Below, piece by piece: positions 26,856 through 43,059 of a stretch of 64,000 nucleotides of DNA. The notes under the pieces are model-generated. The model was not told the origin of the DNA. It did no database searches and saw only the letters and a list, made by a program, of their open reading frames with translations. Location: assembly GCF_009914755.1 (NCBI RefSeq), contig NC_060931.1; one strand, written 5' to 3'. Positions within the stretch are counted from its first letter, which is position 1. Each line of letters opens with the position of its first letter. A program made the translations under genes and the position numbers. This DNA is from the human T2T-CHM13v2.0 reference genome, Homo sapiens.

Positions 26856-27944
26856 TAGATTTTCTAGCTAATGATTTAGATTTCAATCCTGGCTCTGCCA
26901 TTTACTATGTGACTTTCTATATGTTACTTAATGTCTCCAAGTCTCTGTTTCCTTGTTTGTAAATGGGAGAATATAATAATACTTACTTTAGAGAACGGTT
27001 CTGATGATTAATTGATGCAATGCATACAATGTCTGGAGTCTATAATTTCTGGTTTGTTAATGCCCTTCTACATGATAAAAAATTTTAAAAAGAAAAATAT
27101 CCTCTGTTCGAACTGAGGGTCAGTATTTGCCCTCCTCAAAGAAACTGTAGGACCAAATCCACTTTGTTTCAATCAGCCTTTACCCAATGACTTTTTACAG
27201 AGAACAGTTTGTGAGACCCATCAAGGTACTCTTCATTATGTGTCTGTCATAGCCTGTAATACCCACCTCACTATCCATACCCTATTAATGAGCACGCTTC
27301 GCGCTTCCTGGCCCATGACCCTGTCTGCACTCCCTTCCATGATGCTCTCTGGAACTTTTGCTCTATGACCAATACTACCTTGCATTCTCCAATTCTTTGG
27401 AATGGTCTTTCTGCTTCCTCTTCTCAACGGAAACCCATACCTCCCCTGAGTGTTCTGCTTCTCTTGACTTACTCTCACATGGACTTTTTTTTTTTAAAGC
27501 AATTTTCATACATTTTCTTCATGCTCGCTTCTGATAGTTTTTTTTTCTCTCTTGCATTACTAACCTTTCCCTCCCAGTAGATTCATTGCATCAGCTTCAA
27601 AATATGCTCAAGTCACTTCTGTGAAAAATAATGACATGATAGCAATAAAACACCAATGTCCCTCTGTTCAATATTCCCCCATACCACCACTCTTTTTTTC
27701 TCCCCTTTCATAACTTTTTAAGATTGTGTGATACTCACTTCCCACTGACTTTTTACTCACTGGAATTTGGCTTTCACATTCATTGTGCCACTGAAACAGT
27801 GCTTATTGATCTGCAGGAGTATTTTATAGAGGAAATTAGCTCTTTGTCTATGATTTGAGTTTTAAAAATGTTTTCTCGGTCTCATTTACTTTTGACTTTG
27901 CTTATGATGATACTTGATTTGTGGATTTGAAAAAATTTATATCT

Positions 27945-28045
27945 ATCCATTTGTGGTTCATAAGCGTGATGATTGAGCTTTCACACACATGTGAGACGTG
28001 CCTCACCCAATCCTTGTTATGATGTCAGCATATTACCCATCTGAC
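27945..28045 (+). pseudogene. U13 (SNORD13) snoRNA retro-pseudogene
   Basis: ATCCATTTGTGGTTCATAAGCGTGATGATTG...TTACCCATCTGAC resembles U13 end to end; box C GTGATGA 27966-27972, box D CTGA 28041-28044; A-rich tail; TSD AAAAAATTTATATCT (27930-27944) / AAAAAACTTACATCT (28066-28080). Confidence 0.88.
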
Positions 28046-28762
28046 GTCAAAGTAAATAAAAATTAAAAAAACTTACATCTTCAATGTTTCTAGTTTCTTC
28101 TGTACAGATGCTGGGTTTATGGCATATTTAAAAAGTCCACTTCTCTGAGACTAGAATAAACTATGGTTTGGTGATCTCTCTGGTTTATAGCACTTTATAT
28201 ATACATTTTATAGTATTTTATATTTGAGGACATTTTATATGTTGCACTTGTAATTTTGTCTGTTTCGATGAGAAGAAGGAAGTTGGGAAAACGGTGAATG
28301 GGTATGTTCTGCCCATTCGGTTCTACAGAATTCCTATAAGTTAATTTAGGTATCTACTGTTTTCATAATTTTTACTGTGACTCTTTGTAAAATCTTTGAA
28401 TACCTTTGTGCAATGCTTAAATAAATAAAAATAATTGAAATAGGTGCCAAAAGAAGTCCAAAAAGTAACGTGGACTCATGGAGTTCTATAATAGTATTAT
28501 GCTGTGTACTGAATAAATTGATTGACAATATCCAGATTAGTAATCTAGAGGGAGAAAGAGACCCAGGACATACTACTTAGGATAAATGAGAAAAGCCTTA
28601 TCAAATAAGGCCCCCATGTGGCAGTGTAATGACACTCCATACATGCAAAACAAAACAAAACAAAAAAGAAAAACACAGCTTGTTTATGGCAAAGTCTTGG
28701 TAAGCAAGTACTAACATGTCAACTAAATCCTTCTAAGAGTAACATTTGAAAAATAACGTTAT

Positions 28763-29082
<320 letters not shown>

Positions 29083-29729
29083 TCATCATTTAAGATGGAG
29101 TTTTACTAAGTTTTCAGTCATAGTTCACAGTGAAAATAACATGAACATGTACTGGAGGCTAGGAAGCCAATTTTGAGGATATTAACATCTCACTTTTCTC
29201 GTTCTGTCATGACCACTCACTTTTATCTTCTTGATAAATGCTTCAGAGGCATGTGTGTTCTCTCCCTCACTCACGACACACCCAAGCATCGGTTTTTAGA
29301 AATTTTATTGATAACTGATGGTTTTCCACTCTTTTCTTTCTGCAGTTTTATCTGTGGTTAAATAATAACAACATCAATTTGAGTAGTATTTGTCATTACC
29401 AGCGCAAATATTTTGCTGAGACTGCCTGCATAACCAGTGCATCTGTTTCCTGATGGCTACTTCTGAATCCAAACTGTTGAACTAGCAAGAAGAGACAAGT
29501 TAAGTTGTAGCTCCTAGGAAAAGAAGACTCTTTATAAGCCTCCGTGTCACAGGAGAGCAGACACGTAATGTTCTGGAAGAAGTGCACTGACTAGTCACAA
29601 ACATCCATATATAGAAATTTCGCCTGCTTTTATTAACTTGAAAGATAAAGTGTAAAGTCTGACTAAATTGTTTTCTTAAAATTTTAATGTATGAATGAAT
29701 ATTTATCATAGCACATTAGTTAAGACTGA

Positions 29730-30953
<1,224 letters not shown>

Positions 30954-32452
30954 CATATATTTTTATTCTACTAAACAGAATAGTAGAATAAAATTAGACA
31001 TGGTAGCTGAAAAGGATGATTTTTTGACTATTTTAAATAGAGATTTTTAAACTTTAAAAACCTCAGAAATTAGGAATTTACAACTTTATTACACAAACGT
31101 GCGTTGTTAAAACATTCAAGAGTAACAGTATGCCCTGCATTAACAGGGATAATATATAAGAAAAATAGAGATAGCCACACAAAACTATATATTCTCTGAC
31201 ATTCTTTGACAGAAACTTCAAAAGTAGAGGTGAAAGATACATGGATTTTGGAGCCACTGAAGCCGTGAAATTTCAGTAAAAATTATGTCAAATGTGACTT
31301 CAAATTAAATTCGAGAAACATTTATTGAGAACCTGTTCTATGTACAGCACTGTGCTAGGTCCCATAGGGAGAGTAAGTCATTTAGGATTGCACTCTAAAA
31401 TCTGGGCATATTGGTGCAAAGGGAGGTGAACAGCAGGCGTAGGTGAGTGTCAGAGGACCTGACCCAAGCTGGGACCCTCCTGCAGGTAAAACGGTGGGTA
31501 GTGAGAAGCTCTAGGAAGGGGGCGCTTCCGAACACGCGCGTCGAGGAGGGCGTTCCAGGACTCTGAGGGAGCAGCCCAGCTGGACCGAGGCCGCGTCGTT
31601 CCTGGGCTTACTATTCCCAGACCCGGACTCCCGATTCCGGAGTCACGGCCCAGGACGCGAAAAGACTCTACACTGGCACCACGCTCCTCCTTAGGCGGGC
31701 CGTCAGTCCCGGGTGCGGGCTGCGCTGGAGGCTGAGGTGGGAGCGACATGGTGTGGAGGGGCAAGAAATGTCGGCACTAGACGCGCCAAGAAGGAGATTC
31801 TACGAGCAATTCCCCCCTCGGGCCATTGTGTTGCTGTTTATTAGCCCCTGGGAGGGCGTCAGGACAAAAGGAACCCTCCTCCCTTCTTAGTACTTAGGCC
31901 CAAGGTCGGGTGTGGGAGCCGGCGCGCTGCTTTCTAGGCAGGCACTGAAGCTACGGCAGCCACGCAAATAGGTATCAGCCGTTAAAGCTTGGCTACAGGC
32001 AAGGGGGGGGCAATAGGCCCCTGGCGCTGTGGGGCCCCGCATCCCACAATCCCCGCGGCTAGCCTGTGTGGCTACTGGCGGCAGCTAGCGGGCTGCGAAA
32101 GCGAGCCCAGCGTCCTTGACAGCAGCCCACGCGTCGGGGCGGGGCTTGAGCCCGCTGCTTTAAAAGGTCCGCGCGGCCGGCCCCGCCCCTCTGGTGCCGC
32201 GATTGGATCCGGCGGGGGTAGCGTTGATTTGATAGGCGCAGAGAGGGTGGGGCTGCGCACGCGAGGCCGGGGGCCTTGCCGCTGCCTCCCGGGCTGGGGC
32301 ACGAGTGGCTGCGGAGTGTGGGTGGTTGGGCGTGAGGGGCCGACGGGCTCGCGCGCGCGCCGTCTGCTGAGGTCCCTCGGGAAGGAGGAGAGCGCCTGAC
32401 GCCGACCCGCAGGCGCAGCCCGGCAGTCGGCGGCGCGCCGAGGGCGGAGGTG

Positions 32453-32460
32453 GTGCGTGC

Positions 32461-32507
<47 letters not shown>
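32453..32507 (+). repeat. (GTGC)3(GT)21 microsatellite in the probable RUNDC3B 5'-UTR
   Basis: Directly visible, ~200 nt upstream of the ATG. Confidence 0.95.
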
Positions 32508-32508
<1 letters not shown>

Positions 32509-32645
32509 AGCTCGGGTGCCAAGGGCGAGCCGTCAGTCCCCGGGTGCGAGTCCCTGCTGTCTTCCACACCCTTCCTCCCTCCAGGCTCCTTTCCTACATC
32601 CTTCCCGCGCCCCCACGGTTGCGGACCGAGCGAGAACCCCCTTAA

Positions 32646-32870
<225 letters not shown>

Positions 32871-33490
32871 TGAGAGCTCTGGGCTTCCGCGCGGGTCCTT
32901 GGGGGTCCCGGGCATGATGGGCTGCCGCCCAGTGCCCCCGCCTATGTTGCGCCAGCCAAATCTGTGAGCGCGCAGCTCCTTGGACAGGGGCCCGGGTCTG
33001 GACACCGTCGCAGCCCTGGACTTTGTGTCAGTTCCAGTGCTGAAGGTACTGGAGGGTAGAGCTTGGGGCGGGGCTGGAGGAGGATTTGTTTTGAATGTGC
33101 AATCTAGCGTCAGAGTGAAAGAGGAGGGCAAGGAAGAAGAGCTCTTTCATTTAATGCCCATTCAGCTGTCAGCGAGCTTTGGATAAAGTGGTAGTTACTG
33201 TGATTGTTTACTGTGTTGCCCCCAAATCAGAGTGCATTTCGTTGTTTTGGCTTGTTTACATTATCTTCAGCCATTTCATTTCACACGTTAGTTGAGTGCC
33301 TACTACATGCCAGCCATTGTGTATGTGAGCGTGTGTGTACTATCCACTTTTCAGCTACAGTGCTAGTGCTGGTTCTGCAGTTGTTATTAAGAGTGGGACT
33401 GTGGAGGATACCTAGTCTTTATGTCAATGATTTATTTTAAGGCCTGCCTTTCCTTAATGCTTTATAACTGTAAATGTAGTATTTCCTTCA

Positions 33491-33817
<327 letters not shown>

Positions 33818-35257
33818 GAACTATTTATAGTAAGCCTAGTATTCAGAGATAACTGGTTTTTAACATGCTGATATATTTTCTTTAAGTCTTATATCTGAGT
33901 ATTAAGAAAAATTGAAACCCTAAGCATCAATTTCTTAGGAACTTCTCTGAACCATTAAGTTGTTTTAAAATTACTTTCCTCCATCAGACTCCTAATCATC
34001 ACCTAGTGATATTCCTCTTAAGAATCAGATGATGATGAAACTTTTTCTTCCTTTGCAATTTCTCTGTATTTTTCCGTTATTTTTCTTGTGTAAAAATGTG
34101 TCTAGCATCTTAAGTGGAATACAGATAATTATTCCAGGACTTAAATGCAATAACTCACAGTGACTTTTTAAAAAATACTTGAATTATTACAAATGTTTAT
34201 CTAGCAAGAAGACCTTCTTCATTGACTGTATTTGTATAATGTAATTATTACAGCACTTTGAGTTGTAAATGGTAAAGTAATATGGTATCCGTTTAATTTG
34301 CCGTTTGTGCTGTCTAGGATGTAACTTTTTGAGACAAATAGGCTGTTAGGTGTTTTAAAATATAGGTAAATATCTTTAAAGTAGGTAAATGGAACCATAA
34401 GCAAGGCTGATTTTCTTAACCATAATATACAGACATCAAAAATTGCTTTAAAAATAAGGGTAGTTTCAACATATACAGTGCTTCTTGGGGGGTAACATAT
34501 TTAATAAAAGCTCTATCAGCTTTTGTTAAACTTCACAAGGGCAGTGATTCTATCTGCTTTTTGCTTAGTCTTTTTTTTTTTTTCTTTCAAATTCTCAGTA
34601 TAGCATCTAACACTCAAAAAATATTTATTGAATGAATAATTTCAGTGATGGGTACTGTTCCTTTTGCTTCTCCATTTTTGTCTTGGCTGGCTTTAGGTCA
34701 TGTAATGATCATGTGTGCCCTTATCAGAGACAGTTGAAAAGAAAAGGATTTGTATTTCAACCTTATTTAAACTAAATTTTAAATTATCTTTAAGAAATTT
34801 TAGGAACGTCACACTGATTTCTGGGGACAGCTCTCTGTATTAGTTGTATTTTCATGATTGTAATTTACATAATTATTATTTTCTACTGTGAAATGAATAT
34901 GTGCTAACTTTAGTTACAGTTTACACATAGATTTAGTGTAATAGCTAAAATAAGTTGTGGTTTCTGCTCTGGATTTCATTTGTATTGTTATTTATATGGA
35001 TAATATTAAGGCTGTTTTTCAGATCCAAATAGTTGATGGTGCATGTAAATTATCCATGTGTAGTAATGGGGTCTATATGATAGGCTTTGTCTGAATGACT
35101 TTTACTTTTTGGAAGAAAGTCACTATAGGCCATTTGTACATTTTAAGTATCCCCATGACAAATTAAGAAAAATGAATAAAGCAGTATTTATGCATTTATT
35201 GCTAGTTTACTTTCCAGAGTCACCAAACCCTGGGTATTTCACTCATGTCTCTTATGA

Positions 35258-35576
<319 letters not shown>

Positions 35577-37727
35577 TCTTTATTTTTATATCTCAAATCA
35601 GAGATGATTTGATATTTAAGTTGGAAAGAAGTTGATCTGGTGGAAATATAACTGGGTTCTAGGTTGACTTTATCATTAACTAGTGTGCACTTTTACAAGC
35701 CATGCAACCTTTCCATTTGTTCATTTTTGTTGTCTGTAAAATAATATTGGACTAGATCATTGTTAACCTTCAATTATAGGCTTAAAATTAATAATAGCCT
35801 CCAAGCAAAAAATGTTTATATTTAGTTTTGAATTTTTCCAAATATGAGCAGGGTAATAATGATAAGATAAATGTTTATAATAGCTAAATTACGTATGTGC
35901 ATTTTTCTCTATAAACAAAAATATTTTGGACTGTGCCTTTGATTTTGTAATTCTCTGCTGATGTTCTGGAAAAAATTGAACCATTTACAAAACCAAAAAA
36001 AAAAAAAGTCACCAGCATATATCATTCTAGTGTATCCACTTATACTTTCACAGTAATGTTTTTCCTTACCCCTTAAACAATTTAGGTGTATTCTCAGTTT
36101 AGGTTTAAAGTCTTCTTATGTGAGTACACAATTCTTTATGTTTAAAGCTTTATTCAAGTGCAATATATAGTTTTGAGCTTTGAAAGTGGGTTGTTTAGAT
36201 AGGTAAGATAATCAGATAAAGAGCTGAATTGAATTTTGGCTCATGTGTGATTGTATATGTGTATGTAATTCATTAGTTTTTTTTAGTGAACATTTACATG
36301 TTGTAGACTAAAAACATTTGCATAGTCCTTATTTCATCAGATAAGTACTGTTTTTTCATATTTTTCACAGATTTTGGTGAAGAGATAGTAGGTCATTTGA
36401 GGACTCTAAATCTTACACACTCAACTTCAAAATATTCATACACTTGACTTTGGCTCTGAGAACCAACTAGTATTTTCCCTGTATATTCTCTATCGTTTAG
36501 AACTTCAGAAAATTAAGTTGTTAACGCCCTTCAGATTTTTTTAACTTGCATTTTTATCCATAGATAATCAGATATTAGTCATTTTTTCTGTCCTTTATAA
36601 GCTTCATTGTTTACAGAAAACCTTATATAGTCCTTTGATTTTGGTTTTGGTGGCAGAGTATTAAAATCTAAATTCTCTTTCTATGGCTTAACAATGTCTT
36701 ATGAGCAAATTATTAAAATATGCACATATAAACATTTCAGAATAACACTTGTCAAACTTTTAAGTCAATACTTTTAAGAGAAACTTCCCATGCAAAGTCA
36801 TAATTTTCCTGTTTTGTAGCTAGGAGGGACTAATAAGAGGAATATAAGGAGTAGTGTGATAAGCACGGTGGAGACAAGTGATGATTTCACAATTCAAGTG
36901 TTTTTAATAACATATGAATAGTCTTAGTTTTCTATAGGTCATGATATTATTTCAGAACTTGAATATTATTTCAAATTACATTAGCACCTCAGTTTTTCCA
37001 TTATAGTCAAGGAATGAGAAGCTTATATTTTTATACATAACTAATATTTGAGTTAAGCTTAAAATCCTTCATCAACTGTAGTGCTTTACTCAGCATTTAT
37101 TTTGGAGCGCAGGATTTGTATAACTGAAATTTATTTAAGCGCACAAGTTTAATCCACAACACATAATATTTACAATATTTTGGATGGATTGCTTTAAAAA
37201 ATGATTACACGTTTCCCTACCTTCTTGACAAAGACTATACATAGAATAATGTAATCCTTATTGATGACTTTACTCTGAATCTGCCTCTATGAATATGCCC
37301 ACTGTGCAGTGGTTGCCCTTGGAGACTCTTGCAGCATGTAGAGCTTTTGCCTAAGTGGCCCCAGAAGATTATGTGTTTGGAGTTCTTTGAGCTTTTGCAT
37401 CCTTCTGTTTCTTCCTACCAAGTTATTTGTTATTTCTTACAACTCTTTTTATTTCTAGCAGTTCTTTTCTTTGTACTTCCCATTCTGACTTGCAGATTAT
37501 AATTGGTTGTGACCTGGGAAAGTATATAACTAAACTTATCAGGTGTTTAATTTTTTTTTTTTTAAAAAGCACCCAGAGGCCTGAGTTAAGTTTAGTGAGC
37601 TTTAGAACTCTGAACTTCTTAACATTCTGGTGCTAACTAATCAGAAAAACTGTCTAGTCTATGCTTGAACTTGGTGGGAGAAATGCAGATATGTGAAATG
37701 TTATTGAATATTAATGACAGTATAATC

Positions 37728-38530
<803 letters not shown>

Positions 38531-40682
38531 GAACTTTAAATCCAGTGATTTACTTTTTTTGTTACTATTTGGTTGAATATGCTTGAGTATGCCTCATAAG
38601 ACTGTTCATACCTTGGCTATAGTGATTATAATATTTTTGGCTAAAACTCTTTCAGTCATTTTATATGTAGTAGAACTTTGAGTTTGAGTTTGGATTCAAC
38701 ATTAGTTATATACCTTGGAAGCAGGTTCAGTATTATTAAATATTTCTAAGGATTCTTCATGCTCTAATTAGTAGATGCGCACAATGGAGGTAGGATGATC
38801 CTCTTTTCAACGACTAGTCCTAGAGTAGACATTTCAGCATTCACAAAAGGTCATTTTCTCTTCCCCCAACCAAACTGCATTCATATTAATTGACAACAGA
38901 GACTAGCTATCCCCCAGTCCTTTACTAGGGGGTATTTATTTTAACTTTGCTGTTGCTGCTTGATAATTGTCAAAATTTCAGTTGAGAGATGATATTCAAG
39001 GGGGAATGTTTGAAGCTTACCCACTCTTCTATTCCCTCTTACAGGTTTATAAAATATATCCCTGGGTCAGTCCAAAGCATCAGAGAGAATTGGGTATGTA
39101 GACTGCATTGCTCCACACTCTTCTATCCCCAACTGCTTTTACCCAGTTGTATATTGGAAAGATTCCATCAGTCTGCACTGAAGGTCATCATAAGAAGCAG
39201 TCACAGAGGGTCTTGAAGTTATTGTCAAGGACATTATTATGTCAAAAGGGGCTTCTTTTTTGTGAAGACTTCTGTGAGAAATCTCTGTGTTTAGTGCCAA
39301 CAATTTGTATTTTCAAGCAATTGATTTATTTGTATCTACTGGACACTAATGTATAACTGACAACTTTATCTTTTTCTCATGCAGCTGTTAGAAATCTTAG
39401 TGTCAAGTCTGTAGTCAACCACTACGAGATATGTAGGACATTGTGATAATGCTTTTAGCCTTATTTCTAGCTCTACTATGCCACTATTCTTTTAATATAA
39501 ATTTTTATTGACTTATACTTTCCATATAGAAAAGTATACGTAGCATAACTATGCAGCTCAATTCATTTTTGTGGTAGGGCACAATGTTGTAACTAGCACC
39601 CAAGTCAAGAGAAAGAACTGTTCAAATATCAAGACCTCCTCCTTGCTTTCTTGTAGTTAATACCCTGGTTTTTAACACCATGGTTTGTTTTGCCTTTTTA
39701 AATATTTTAAATGAATGGAATAATACAGTATAGACCTTTTTGTGTTTAGCTTATTTTGTTCAACATTATGTTTGTGAGGTTCATCCATTTTGTTGCATGT
39801 TGCTGTAGTTTGTTCATTTTCATTGCTGTATCTTATTCCATTGGATGAATATACCACAATATTTCCATTCTGTCACTGACTGTCATCTGAGTTGTTTCTA
39901 CTTTTTGACTACTACTAACTAAATATTCATTCATATTTATTTTTGTGATGATATGTACATTTTTCTGTCTGATATTAGCTTGGAGTGGAATTGATGAGTC
40001 ATATGGCATGCAGATATTCGGCTTCAGTAGATGTGAAAGTTTTCAAAAGGAGTTGTACCAACACTCATACTAGTGAGCATTGTGTGTAGGAGTTCCAGTT
40101 GTTCTGTATCCTAACTAATGCTTGACATTTTCTTTCATTTTAGCCAATCTTGTATGTTTGTTGGGGTGTCACATGGTGGTTTTAGTTTGCATTTTCTTGA
40201 TGTCTAATGAAGTCAAGCACCTTTCCGTAAGTCTGTAGGCCATTTGGAGATTTTCTTTCATAAAATGGCAATTCAAGTCACTTAGCAACTGGAATCTCTG
40301 CTTTTTGTTTATTTTTTAGATGTGCAGTTCTTTGTACATTCTGTATGGGAATCTTTTGTTGGATACATGTAATGCAAATGTCTTCCATTTGGTGGCTTTA
40401 TTTTTCACTCTGTAGTATGTTTTGATGAATAGAAATTTCTGATTGTAAAATGGCCCATAAATTTCCTTCATGGTTAATGCTTACTGTAATGTCTTTAAGA
40501 AGCCAGCCTACTCCAAAGTAATGAAAATATTCTTTTTTCTTCTAAAGCTTTATTGTTTTATTTTTACATTTATATCAACAATCCATCTGTAGTTTATTTA
40601 TGATGTGAAGTACAGGAGTCAAGATTAAATATTTCCCTTAAGGAAAATCAACTGACCTAGTACCATTTATTGGAAAGACCAT

Positions 40683-41068
40683 TGTATTAGTCTGTTCTCA
40701 TGCTGCTATGAGGACATACCTGAGACTGGGTAATTTATGAAGGAAAGAGGTTTAATTGATTCATTGGTCTGCAGGGCTGGGGAGGCCTCAGGAAACTTAC
40801 AAGCATGGTGGAAGGGGAAGTAAACATGTCCTTCTTCACAAAGTAGCAGGAGAGAGAAAAATGAGAACATGAGAACCAAGCAAAGGGGGAAGCCCCTTAT
40901 AAAACCATCAGCTCTCGTGAGCTCTTACTCACTATCATGAGACTAGCATGGGGGAAAACATCCCCATGATTCAATTACCTCCCATCTGCTCCCTCCCATG
41001 ATATGTGGGGATTATGGGAACTACAATTCAAGATGAGATTTGGGTGGGGACACAGCCAAACTATATCA
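40683..41068 (-). mobile_element. THE1 solo LTR
   Basis: TGTATTAGTCTGTTCTCATGCTGCT...ACAGCCAAACTATATCA; TSD ACCAT at 40678-40682 and 41069-41073. Confidence 0.92.
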
Positions 41069-42221
41069 ACCATACTTTCTCCACTACACTCATGCATCAC
41101 ATTTATCTTAGGTGACTGGATAATTTGTGGTCTGTTTCTAGACTTTCTTTTTTCCAATAGTCTATTTGTCTCTCCTGAGCTAATATCGTACTAAATTAAT
41201 ACCTATAACTTTATATTATGTCTTGATGTGTGGTAATATAAGTTATCTAGCTTTATTTTTCAAGATTATCTTGGCTATTCTTGGCCTTTTACAAACTAAA
41301 TTTTAGAATCAACTTGTCAATTTCTGTTAAAATATTTTTCTGGGATTTTTATTAAGCTTGCACTGGTACTATAAATCAGTTTTGGGAAAACTGCCATCTT
41401 TATGATATTAAGACTTACGTGCAACCCATGAACATAACCTATTTCTTTATATGTTTAAATATTCTAGAATTTTTCTCAATAATGTAGTTTTGCATATATA
41501 GATATTTTAAATCTCTTATTATATTTATTCTTGCATATTTGATATATTTTTATATTATGGTAACTGAAATCATTGAAAACTTTTCATTTTCTTGTGGTTG
41601 TTGGTATATCGATATAAATTTGACCTTTTAAAATACTGGTCTTATATCTAACAGTCTTACCAGATTTCTTTATTAATTCTAACAGATTTTTTGCAGTTAA
41701 AATTTTTTTTTCTGAGTGCACAGTCATGTCATTTGCTTATTTTATTTCTTCCTTTTTCAATCTTTATGGCTTTTCTTTTTTGTCTTATTGCACTGGCTAG
41801 GACCACTAATGCAGTGTTGCAGAAAACGTTCAAAATTTTATTATTAAATAGGATGTTTGCAGTAGGTTTTTCTTACTTCCCTTCTATTTCTAAATTGCTG
41901 AGAATTTGTATCATAAATGGATGCTTATTATTGTATTATTAAATTTTTTTTGTCTTTCAAGTAAACGTGATTTTTCTCTCTTTTGTTGTTTTCATAGTGA
42001 ATTATGTTGACTTTTGCATGTTAAACCACTCTGGAATAAAAAAACAATCAGTTGTGATGTATTGTCTTTTTGACATATTTTTGCATTTAGGGTGTTAATA
42101 TTTTGGGATTTTTGCATATTTATTCATGGTAGAGATTGGTATGTGATTGTCCTTTCTTATAATGTTCTTGTCTGGTTTTGTCATTAAGATTATTTGGCTT
42201 TATAAAACAAGTTAGGAAGTA

Positions 42222-42264
<43 letters not shown>

Positions 42265-42752
42265 CCTCCCCTGTTCTGTAGAAAAGTTTGTGTAAGACTG
42301 ATATTTCTTTCTTAAACATTTGGAAGAATTCACCAGGGAAGCAATGTGAACCGCAAATTGTCTTTGTGGGAAATCATTTAGTAACGGAATCAATTCATTT
42401 AATAAATACTGAACAATTCAGATTTCCTGTGTCTTCTGGTATGAGTTTCAGTAGGTTTTTCAAGGAACATACCTATTTCATTTATATTGTCAATTTTTTT
42501 TTTTTTGCTGAGACTTTTCTTAATATCCTCTTAATGTCTTTTTATTGTTTGAAAGATCTGTAGTGATTTCCCATTTTTCTTTCCTGATATTATAATCTCC
42601 ATTTTCCCCATTTATTTTGCTAGGCATTTATTAATTTTACCAACTTTTTCAAAGAACCAGCGTTTGACTTTGTTGAGTTTCTCTGTCGACTCGTGTTATG
42701 ACTTTGTTAATTTTCTCTGTCGACTCCTCAGTTTATTTAGAAATCTATTGTC

Positions 42753-43059
42753 GGCTGGGCATGGTGGCTCACACCTGTAATCCCAGCACTTTGGGAGGCC
42801 AAGGCGGGTGGATCACGAGGTCAGGAGATCGAGACTATCCTGGCTAACACGGTGAAACCCCGTCTCTACTAAAAATACAAAAAATTAGCCAGGCGTGATG
42901 GCAGGCGCCTGTAGTCCCAGCTACTCCGGAGGCTGAGGCAGGAGAATGGTGTAAACCCCGGAGGCGGAGCTTGCAGTGAGAAGAGACGGCACACCACTGC
43001 ACTCCAGCCTGGGCGACAGAGTGAGACTCCGTCTCAAAAAAAAAAAAAAAAAAAAAAAA
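42753..43059 (+). mobile_element. AluY
   Basis: Sense AluY; TSD AAATCTATTGTC. Confidence 0.94.

Noticed and set aside
32182-32198. CTCF-like motif (GCACCAGAGGGGCGG on the minus strand)
   Set aside because: Spacing departs from the core consensus and GC-rich islands give many weak matches.
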